Source: Vicugna vicugna
Taxonomy: Eukaryota
Direction of reading: 5' to 3'
Assembly (NCBI GenBank): GCA_013265495.1
Contig: MU058054.1
Span: 806,001 to 870,000 of the forward strand
DNA length: 64,000 nt
Of the stretch, positions 54,166 through 64,000 are shown piece by piece (position 1 is the stretch's first letter; the number at the start of each line of letters is the position of its first letter). The notes beneath the pieces are model-generated. The model was not told the origin of the DNA. It was given only the letters and a program-made list of their open reading frames with translations, and did not search any database. A program made the translations under genes and the position numbers.

Positions 54166-56614
54166 CCTGGGGTCTGGGCACGGCGCTCCAGCCTTGCGCC
54201 AGGAGCCATGAAGTGACAGTGGCCAAGGATCACAACTCACACCCCCATCCATCATCTATAAAATGAGCATCTTAACAGCTGGCCTGACCTCCCTCCCAGG
54301 ATGGCACTGAGACGCAAAGAAAGCTGGAAAGGTACACTATAAAAAGCCGGACAAATGGGAGTTTATGAACATTCTGAAACCATGCTGCTGGTAAGAGCAG
54401 GCCGACCAGAAGAAAAGAAGAAAACCAAAGCGAACCCCCTAGAAACCCAGGGGCTGCCCGTCCAATGCACAGCTGCAAAGTGACAAATTCAGCCCCCAAG
54501 TAACCCACCCTGCCACATACGATCACTCTTACACAAGCGCGGTTGCTCAACACGGGCCCGTGTGTGGGTTTCCATGCTGCTGTCCCATCCTGTGGGAACC
54601 CGGCGTGTGGGGTTCCTGGTGAGGCCAGCGGCTGCAGTAAATCACCCCACCGCCAGCAGCTCTAGCCCACACGTCGCTCTTATGGTCAGTGCCCTTCAGC
54701 CCCACAGTGACCTAACCCCAGCTCCAGGCTGGTCAGCAGCAGCCTCTCCCGTCCTCCTCCTCCTCCTCCGGCAAGCACCAGCTCACATTTCAGGCCGTTT
54801 GCTCCCCTGGGCATGACTCAGAGAGTCAGTTGTCTTTTAAAAAAAATGCTTTTCATATTTCAAATCAAAAATAAATACCACGCACTCTGGACGCAAGCCA
54901 TCACAGATGTCTCTGTTGAGTTATGAAAGTTAAGAAGGCCCGAGGAAGGAGAAACCGTAGAAAAAGTGGTTCACTCGTATCATCCATGCCCTGCTGCGCG
55001 ACCCTGTGGTGGGCTGGAAGAGCGGGCTTGAGGCCAGGTCACAGGACTGACTTCTGGCTTGGACAGGAACAATGAGGTCAGGGGTTCATTCATTCACTGG
55101 GACCAGGGAAGGGGATAAACAGATGCCCTGCAGGTTAATCCCACTAGGAGACAGCCTGGATCCAGGCAGAGATGGGCAATGTCACCTCAGAAGGCTCTCT
55201 GTGCACACACTGGCGCAGGTCTTAATCCCTAAAGAAGGAAGGTGGGCGGTTGGCTAATGCAGCTGCAGGGTTGCGAGGTGCAGCGGCAGATCCCCAGCCG
55301 CGCCCACCCATGCAATGCCGTCCAGCAGGGAGGGAGCTGCCCTGCATGCAGGGATGCCCCCGCCACCCAGCGACTCTGCTTCCCATGACTCCCTCCGCCC
55401 CTTATCCTGACCCACCCACGCCTCTGACCATTTGGCTTCCTGGGTGGGGTGCCCACAAGGAGAGAACGCCCTGCTTAGAAGCTCATAGTGGTTATCCTTT
55501 TCAGCAAATAAACGAGTGGCTTGATTTGTGTTTCAGCTTCTTGCTAGTTAGTGAGTGTCAGCTGGCGGGCCTGACTCCCGGCCCCAACGAGATGAGGTTT
55601 CTTCCGAGTTGGTCAAGCCAGGCCCAGCTCCCAGGTAAATTCATCAAGGTCAGAGCCATCTTCTGGGCACCAGCCTTCCTTCCCCTGGCTGCGCCGGTGT
55701 CACATCGTTCCTTCCAACCATGCCAGATGCACCCCCATTCGGGCACAGCGAGGTGAGGTTTCTCAAGGAGCTCCAAGGTCACACCTGGAGGTATCCCTTT
55801 GAAAGCGGAAATTGAAAGCTGAAACTTCACCCTCGGCCATGTTTAATTTCCAGAGAAACATGCCCACAGGTGAGGCCCTGATCAACTGTGATATTGGGGG
55901 ACGAGGCATTCTGATTTACACATATGCTCACTAACCAAGGATAACCAGGAACCTTTTTCTCTTTTTTCCAATTACCTGGGAAAATATGTTCACAAAGTAT
56001 CTGTCTGCTGTTTTTCCTCGACAAGTCTGTTTTCTCCAAAGATAATAGACTCTTTTCTTAAAGACGAAGGATCCCTCCAGCCTCTCCGGCCCAGATCAGG
56101 AAGGGAACTCCTCTCACCGCAGAGATCAACAAGCCACTTCATCTGCAGAGGCGGGCGGTCAGCCGGGTCACCGCGACACCCCAGGACAGCCGCCAGCAGT
56201 GTTTTCTTTCAAAGGAACAAAAGTCTGAAGATAAAATCAACCACAACCCATTTTCCACTGATTTGTTTCAGCCTTATTCCATAGGGTATCCAAAAAGCTG
56301 GAAAACAGGATACACTATTTGCCCTCTGTTTCTAGACTTTCTGGACTCTCTGGGGTGTAGATATTACACCTTTGGACTTAGACGAGCAGTTGGGCTAAAC
56401 CACTTTGAATTTAGAGGTCCTCCAGCCGAAAAGAAGTCCAAAGGCTGCAGAAAAACACTAGGTATATTATTTGGAAATGTAACTAAAAGACTGTTTCAAA
56501 GAAAGTTTATCCTGTTCCCCAACTTTGTGGCATCTTATGTATCTTGAGAGTCTTATGTGCTGGGCACCACGCTATAAAATTAGAATGTTAGAAGGGCGTG
56601 GTGATATTATCATG

Positions 56615-56815
56615 ATATTAATAGCTACCATTTATTAAGCAGTTACAATACGCTAGGAATTATAAATCTCTTACACGATACAGTTTAAATAAATCCAGTG
56701 AGATATTTTACCCCAAACTGACAGGTGAAGAAATTGAGGCTTAGAAACTTGAAGACCTTGCCTAAGGTCCCGTAACTTCTGAGTGGTGAGGCTAGGATTT
56801 GAGCCTAAAGCCCTG
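56615..56815 (-). mobile_element. MIR SINE
   Basis: atagctaccatttattaagc...acaggtgaagaaattgaggcttaga...ttgcctaaggtc...ctaggatttgagccta. Confidence 0.7.
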
Positions 56816-57605
56816 TTCTTCTCCATCCCTTGTGCTGTCTCAGACCACATGGCACATGTCACTGCAGTGGTCTTCTCTCCATGAAAAAAAAAAACAAACC
56901 GTCCTTGTCCAGGGAGTGATTACTTTACAATTATCAGATAAATCCTGGCTTGACAACAGAAGTTTAAGAACCAGCAGTGTCCACCGAGCTCCTAGCTGAT
57001 CACATGCCCCTCAAAGCACCTTCCCCTCCTCCCCCTGGACCTCAGGATTTTTGGCTACAAAACTAGTATATATTTCCTGAGACCTCTTCTGGCTCTGACA
57101 AAAGGCAAAAATCCCCACGAGATCCCCAACATCCATAAACTCTCAAGGAGGAAACAGGCCAAAGGATTACTGTAGGGAGGAACAGACCTAGCTTGTTCAC
57201 TCCCAAACTCTGATGTGGGAACCGACAGAAGCCAGCCCCCCACAGATGGATGGGGTGCAGGGGACGGGCGGGAGGAGGACCCTCACAGCACCCCTGGGAC
57301 ACCTGAACAGTCCCTGTTGTTTACTGGTCAATTTCTTTAAGAAGAGGGAAAAAAGGTATAATTTTCAGTTTCCTTATTTATAAAATGAAAATGTCTCATT
57401 TGCTCATTCCACAAAGGACTGGTATGTGAGGCTACTGAGTAGTAATCATAAACACACCTTTTTTTTTTTTTAAACGAAGTGTAGGGATGTTGGGATAGGT
57501 AGATTTGGGTTAAAACTCCCTCTTTGCCATTTACTGGCTATATGTGATTAAGTCAGCTTAATCTCTATGGGACTCCAGTTTCTCGTCTAGGAAGTTCAGG
57601 CCCTC

Positions 57606-57806
57606 GACCAGCACTAGAATTTTCTGTACTGATGACCATGTCCCCCTCCGTGCTGTCCAGCGAGGAAGCCACTAGCCACATGTGGCAGCTGAGGCCCTGA
57701 AATGTGGCTCGCGTGACTCAGAAACTGGATTCTAGAATGGTACTTAATTACCTGATATTTAAACAGCCACCTGTGGGCAGTGGTTACAACACTACACGAC
57801 ACAGCC
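57606..57806 (+). mobile_element. MER3-like hAT-Charlie element
   Basis: tagaattttctgtactgatg...gctgtccagcgaggaagccactagccacatgtggc...tgaaatgtggct...agccacctgtgggcagtggtta. Confidence 0.7.
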
Positions 57807-58199
57807 TTTGACTACAGCGATACGAATGAAATGAGATCACGCTGGTAAACTGCCTAGCACAGTACAGGAGATGCAGGAAGTTCCGGAGGAAAAATGCATG
57901 AATATACAGAGATCATATCAGCAGAGATTTTTCTTTTTAAGCAGAATATTCTCAGATCGAGAAACAGATGCATTAGAAGCTGACAAAGAGCTATGTGGGT
58001 ATTTTAGAAAAACCTCAAGAAATCAGATATACTACTGGAATCACTCCCTTAAGTGTGTAAATGGAACGGCTGAACATTGTGTTTTTCTTCACAAACGTTC
58101 TTGTCAGCAGATAAAGAGGGCGTTTTAGGCCAAGCTGAGTTTTTATGACCCTCGACGCCCAAGTACGCAGTAACCCGGTCCTCCTGAGCGAGCGCTCAC

Positions 58200-58234
58200 T
58201 CCCAGCAAGACCTTCCGTCCTGATGGGCAGCCAT
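58200..58234 (-). CDS. SMAD3: Putative coding part of an alternative SMAD3 first exon (MAAHQDGRSCW+GA, phase 2)
   Basis: ATG in strong Kozak context (aggATGG), 35 nt to donor GGA|GTGAGC. Phase 2 matches exon 2, and the exon lies in a CpG-rich promoter-like block. No transcript evidence available. Confidence 0.55.
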
Positions 58235-58620
58235 CCTCCCGGCCCATCTGCAGCCGCCCCAGGGCCCAGACAGCTGCCCACCCACAGCCCCGGGCACACC
58301 CTGCCGGGGCCCCCCACCCCCTCCAGGGCCCCGGCTTGGGGGGGGGGTCACGGGGAGGGCGGGAGCGCCCCCCGGCGCCTGCTGGCAGGCGGCCTGCGTC
58401 ACAGCCCGACAGGAAACAACGAGAAGACAACACGGGCCGCGTGGAAATCCCCGCCGGGCCCCACGCCAGAGGGTGACTCAGTGGCGCTGGCCGGCCAGCT
58501 GCCCCTCGGCCGGGACCCAGGGGGCCGGGCTGCAGGAAGCCGCGCAGCCTCTGCACAGACACGGACACCGAAGGCCTCCAGTGTCATTCCTGGTGTTGCA
58601 GACGCCACGTGGACGCAGAG
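58235..58620 (-). promoter_or_regulatory. CpG-rich internal promoter candidate in intron 1
   Basis: High GC and CpG. kB site GGGGATTTCC (58443-58452, minus), AP-1 TGACTCA (58474-58480), half-CRE TGACGCA (58395-58401, minus), ETS CAGGAAA (~58410), E-box CACGTG (58606-58611), GC boxes. Confidence 0.65.
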
Positions 58621-60801
58621 GGAGGCAGAGTCCCCACCTGGCAGGCCCCCTGACAACAGCAACACGCACTTGACCTCAAGGGAGGCCTGAGTTCCAGTCC
58701 TGCAGCTGCTGCTGAGCCACACAAAGCCTCGGCCTTTCCAGGCCTGACTCCTCACCTGTAAGATACAGGGGGGCACGCCCAGGACGGGGCTCCCACCCCC
58801 CCACGCACGCAGTGTTCCCAGGCCACCCTATTCCACCTCTGGCCTCTGCCCTGCCCCCGTATCCGCCCTCTCCACCCCATCCCTGATCCTAGTCTTAGCT
58901 TCGTGATGTGATCATCCCCAATGTGGACATTTTGCCAGGCCGCCCCTTCAGATACTAATGTCACCAGGGCAGAGGCCACACCTTGTACCTTCAAGGTGAG
59001 TGGTACATCCGAAGGCGTGGCACGGAGTGCCCGCAGGACTGTTACCATGACACCCCGTCTGACTCCAAGCTGTGGCAGGTCCCCTTGGGCTGCCGGAGGC
59101 TCTTACCCACTCCATGCCTTACTCAGGGCGAAGTCCACCCCACACTCTCTCTCCCTCCCCTGTGAAGCACTCAGTGTGCTCCAGAGGGGCATGGCGGGTG
59201 CTAACAAAAGGCAGCAACGACAGCGACAAAAAAATTCCCTAGTGAGACAGATACAAGGGGCTTACTAAACCCATAGCCTTTACCCTTTGAAGTTACTAGA
59301 AAAATCCAACCTGTGTTATTTCATTTTAATAGTACCAACTTGCCTTGATTGTTTTACTTTCGGAAGCTAGCTTAGGCAATTTTGCCTTTGGACTATAAAC
59401 CTCTTACAAAATAACCCATTTGCTCTGATCCCCTGAGTGTGGATGGATCGGAATTTTATGGGTGCTTTGGGCAAGTCCAAGTACAACTTGGCCTGGGTTC
59501 TACGTGTCTCCTTAACCAATGATTCCATTTACTTGGCCTGTGAAAGCACTAAGGCTCCCCCCATCCATGGGTCACCCCGGACCCAGGTCCCTCTCCAGCT
59601 CCCACCCGGTGGCTGCCCTCCCCGCACAGGTGAGCTGTAGCAGTAGCTCTAACTCACACCCTCCGTTTCCACTTCCTCGCCTCCCACTCACCCCGGGACG
59701 TGCTGCATGGGCCTCGGGCCCCAGCACGCCACTGTGACCACCTTAACAAGCTCACTAGTGATCTCCAAGTTACAAAATCCAAAGCATGGGCTTTGCACAC
59801 CTCAGCCTCCTGGACGAGCAATTCTCTTCACTTCCTCCTGCTGCGAGGCCTCGTCACCCGTGCCTCCAGTGTCCCCGGGCACCGTCTTGCTTTGCCTCCT
59901 TCTCCCCATCCCCTCTGTATGGCTGTTCCCCAGGTGCCGGCCTCCGTCTCATCCCACCCTTGCATCTTCCCTCACCTGGCCTCCTCTGTCACAACGACTC
60001 ACAAACGTGCATCTCAGCACCCAGCTGCCCAGTTTATGCCACCTGTGACGGGAACTCCACACGCGGTCACTGGTGTGCACCCGCATCAGCTCGGGTCTCC
60101 TCTGTGCACGGCACGGTGGGAGATGCCCTGGGCCAAGGAGGACCCGATGAAGAGACGCTGTTAGAAAGGGCAGACCTCACGGGGCCGGGGCTCCCCAAGA
60201 AGGCACCACTCGGAAGGCAGCGTTTGGGGTTGTGTCTTGAAAGACAGCTTAGGAAACCAGCCTTTTTATCCCACGAGGTATTCAGGACTCCGCATCTCCA
60301 CTTCACGCTGAGATGGCGCAAAGCCTCACCCGGCTCTTTGAAACCAGCGGGGTATTTCGAACCCTACACTGGATGAGAGCCTCCTGGAGAAAGGCACTGC
60401 CTGAGAAGACCTCATTTAGACTGGGAGCTTTTTGTGACAAATTAATCGCCCCTGCCCACAACTTCTAATCTGGTGTAAAAGTGAGATGCCTGTGGATCAG
60501 AGTCTGCCCGGCCCAGTCCCTTCCTCAGTGACGGGGTGCGACTGTTTTGGCAAATATCAAAGGCCACCAGAAATCAAACAAAATAAGAACTGCCATTTAT
60601 TAGCAGAAAATAACATTAGCTTTGCTCTACTCTAAGCCTGCTCTCCAAAGAGGAGAGCGCATCCTTGTCTTCACTCGTGCTCGCCGCTCTCGGTGGGGCT
60701 GGGCAGCCCCCCACTGGGCCTCGCTCTGCAATGGAGGGCACGCACACTGTGCCAGGCAGCACCCGCCGCAAGCACCGTGGGAGAATGAACTCCAGACCCT
60801 T

Positions 60802-60892
60802 TTTTTTCCCCTAAATAGAGGCACTGGGGATCGAACCCAGGACCTCATGCATGCTAAGAATGCACTCTACCACTGAGCTGTTGCCTGCCCCC
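60802..60892 (-). mobile_element. Vic-1-like SINE (short tail)
   Basis: tRNA-like head. TSD tgaactccagaccctt (60786-60801) / tgaacttcagactctt (60893-60908), 2 mismatches. Confidence 0.85.
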
Positions 60893-62559
60893 TGAACTTC
60901 AGACTCTTAAGAAGTTCTGACTACAAATGAGCTATACACTGTGCTTGTATTATGTGCCCTCTAAAGCATCACTAAAACATCACTACTTGATCAGGTCTGC
61001 AGGCATTTTAAAGTTAACGAGAGCTCTCTAAGGAAGGTCTGCAAATCCGTGCTCAATAAACCACATCTCCTTCCCATGAGCTTGGAGGGCTTCCCAGCAG
61101 GACGGGAAACATCCTCGCACCCACCCAGGTCTCACACCCAACACCACCTGCTCAAACCCCACTTGGGGACCTGTGACTTCCTAATGATCAAAAGGGGGTG
61201 GCCACGCTGTGCAGTGAGGGCTGTGTGGGGCTGGGGCTCAGGAGCCCGGGACCTGAACCCGAGGGGTGGCCCCACCACCCCTTCTGCTTTGGGGCATATG
61301 GCTTCCTCCTCTGCGAAACGGAGGAGTTGGACTTTCGAGGGCTGCGGTCCCACTGGTTCCGACAGTGGCTCTCTTCTGCCTTCCAGGTCTTACCGAACAA
61401 AATCATGCCAACTAGTTCCTTCTGGGCAGAACCCGGGGTCACCATGTGAGCAAGGCCAGTCAGGCAGGCAGGAAAGCAGCTGGATTTTGAGGTCTGAAGA
61501 GCTGAGTGTGTTTCAGCCTGTGAGGCTTCCAGAAATTTATGCATCCAAAATGGATCAGGGCTCTCCCCAGTTGCTCCACAAGACAGGCCAGCCACAGCCC
61601 CAGACCTCAAGGAGCCAACCTTCCAAAAGGAGACGCAAAGACGAACTCACAGTGCGTGTTCAGGTGCTGGGGAGACGGAGGGCCCAGGAGAATGGGGTGA
61701 AGGAGTCCAGGACGGCTTCCTGGAGGAAGTGGGGATCTCCAAGCCAGTTTACAACTTTTTCCGAGATAAACATTGCATTTATCTGCTTTCTTACCTCCCG
61801 ACCTTAGCCTTCCAAAATGGACACACCATTGTTTTCAGTCACGAGATTCTTCTATGACCATGAAGGAGAAAGCAGGCTGGGTCGTTTCCCAGGGGTTAAG
61901 AAACCATGTGCCCAGCTCACTGAACACGCATCCATTTCCCCCATGCCTAGTGGGTACCCCCCTCCCCGGCATTCCTGGCGCCAGGGACCCTCCTTCTTTG
62001 ATTTCCTATGGTGCTTACTTTGAAGATTACCCCTAGGACCGCTAGGAATAACCACCACCATCATCGCAGCAGCCCCCTTGCACCGCGTGCTTCCCCAGCC
62101 AAGCACTTGCTCGGGACACCACGGTCATGGCCACAGCGATGCCCACCCCAGCGCCCTGAGACGGGAAAGCCCCTCTGTCCCAAGATGGACCCGACAGTCA
62201 AAGTGCAGGTCCCCAGCCAGAGGTCGTGTGATACTCTCCGGGGAAGATTTCTAAGCTGCCTGGCATGGCTGGGTACAGGTCTGCATCCTAGGGCAACATG
62301 GCCAGTGGTCCTTTCTGCCCACACAGCGCCAGGCTCTGTGGATGTGGAGATGCATACGGCAGGGCTGTGCCTTGGAGGCCCTCAGGTCAACCATCATATC
62401 CTGATTTATCTGGGAATTGCCCCCAGCACCTTGATGCACTTGGCACCCAAAAGTTGCTCCAAAAAGACCCGCTGAAGGAAATCTAACAGGAGATGCTAGA
62501 CAGCAAACATCCACGGTCCTCTAGGCAGACGTTGCTCTGTTGTTAAACGCTCCTCCATC

Positions 62560-62892
62560 AGGGCTTCTGCGCTTGCCTTTCCCTCTGCCCAGGCTGCTCG
62601 TCACCTATCTCTTCTGGTGACCCCAACTCCCCCTTTGGACTACAGCTCAAAGGTCACTTCCTCGGGGAAGCCTTCCCTGACTACCACTCCTTCCCCAACC
62701 AGACTCAGGTCCCCCTGTCTACAGCTCTCAGGCTCCCTCTCCGTCCTCCTCACTCATGGCCCCCATCGTCTGCAGTGTGGGTTCCCCAGACTGCAAGTGT
62801 CTTGTCTCAGGGCAGGGGCTGTCTCTGTTCACGACGGAACCCAGGGCCTGGCAGAGTGAAGGTTATCAAGATGTGAATGAATGAACGAATGA
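62560..62892 (+). mobile_element. LINE-2 3' end
   Basis: cagctcaaaggtcacttcctcggggaagccttccctgact...cagggcctggcagagtg...gaatgaatgaacgaatga tail. Confidence 0.75.
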
Positions 62893-64000
62893 GTTCACGT
62901 CATTACATCTTATTTCAGCCTCAACATCACTCCAGGTCAGAGGTTACCAGACATCCTCATTCCCGCTCTACTGATGAGAAAATCACGCCTCAGAAGACAC
63001 ATGTCTCTCACCTGGGGTCAGGGGAACGGTCAAGACGGCTGAGAACACAGCTAGGCACTGGAGGTACAAAGAAACCCATGAGTGTGGGTGAGACTCCACT
63101 TCCGTGGGAGTGAAGACCTTCCTTGCGTCTCATCAGCAGGTAACAAAGCACTTCCCGGAGGCCCTCACAGCTCTAGAGTTCCAGGAATTCTCAGTTTGCT
63201 TAAGCAACTTGACATACATTTTGTTCAAAGGCTGGGGCGGAGCAAGGGGCTGGGAGTCAGAGACCGGCTTCTGCGCTCACCTCTGACCCTGACCACCTGG
63301 TGACCCCAGGCAATTCAGGGTCCCTGTGGGCACAGGTGGGTTAACCACACCCACCCTGCCTCCTTGTACCGCAGCCAGGCTCAAATAAGACGACACCACA
63401 GTCACGGCCACGGTGATGCCCACCCAACCCCCTGAGATGGGTGAGCCCTCTGTCCCAGGATGGATCCGACAGAGAATGGAAACGTTCTCTGTCAGCTACA
63501 GGTGGTAACTTGACATCTACATTCTTCTCTGATCACAAGGTCGCTCCGGGCACAGGGCTGGCAGAGCAGAAGGTGATCTCTGAGAGGCCAGGGGGCAAAT
63601 GTAACTTCAAAGGAAACTGCATTCACTTGTCCAAAGGTGCCCAGGGCAGAAGGAGTGCAGGCCTCTCACTCTTAAATCCTAAACTAAATGAAGACCGGGG
63701 GTGAGGGGCAGGGCAGGTAGATAAGGAAGGAGAAGATGGAGTCAAAGTCAGGATTCCCCAGGCTGGAGTCATCTCTTGGCAGGGCACCAGCTGTGTGGCT
63801 CACACCCGGAGGCCCCCATCTGTAACCTGTGAAATAATGATAAACCTCCCCTAGAGGCTGGTGTTCAAATCTATCAAAAAATAAAAGTAAAATTTTAAAA
63901 AAGGATGCTACTGAAAAATAGCAAAGCCCTTTACAGGGGCGGGATGGAGAGGGCCACCCAACACGACACACGCAGTCAGTTAAAGGCGGCTTGTTCCTCC

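Noticed and set aside
56156..56170. DR3-like CGGTCA-gcc-GGGTCA
   Set aside because: A single imperfect motif in GC-rich sequence, insufficient alone.
61049..61807. Long ORFs (252 aa here; also 14711-15418, 17232-17993, 20703-21458, 35669-36373)
   Set aside because: No recognisable domains or splice architecture, often non-ATG starts, and expected by chance in GC-rich intron.

Overview
Eutherian genomic DNA, most likely a camelid, judged from Vic-1-like tRNA(Ala)-derived SINEs and the lack of recognisable Alu, Bov-tA or PRE-1 elements. The window holds most of the SMAD3 gene on the minus strand. Coding exons 2-8 (20693 down to 2061) all have GT-AG boundaries, exon sizes 194/132/75/51/213/138/145 nt, and translate to the mammalian SMAD3 sequence as I recall it. 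Canonical exon 1 lies beyond the right edge and exon 9 (SSXS tail) beyond the left edge. Positions 20694-64000 are intron 1, containing L1, L2, MIR, hAT/Tigger and SINE relics, several motif-dense repeat-free enhancer-like blocks and one 75-N gap. I see no CRISPR, viral or foreign system, and almost all ORF-track entries are noise. The most interesting signals form a candidate isoform-control layer: (i) a CpG-rich internal promoter at ~58.2-58.6 kb whose exon would splice in frame to exon 2, giving MAAHQDGRSCWE-SLDGR..., with an overlapping uORF; (ii) a putative internal first exon in intron 3 with tandem donors 4 nt apart that switch an ATG between uORF and in-frame; (iii) an ATGA-overlapping uORF at Met196; (iv) a 318-nt stop-free, frame-preserving intron 2. 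These are sequence-level predictions and need transcript evidence. Repeat family names and boundaries come from recalled consensus sequences and are approximate.
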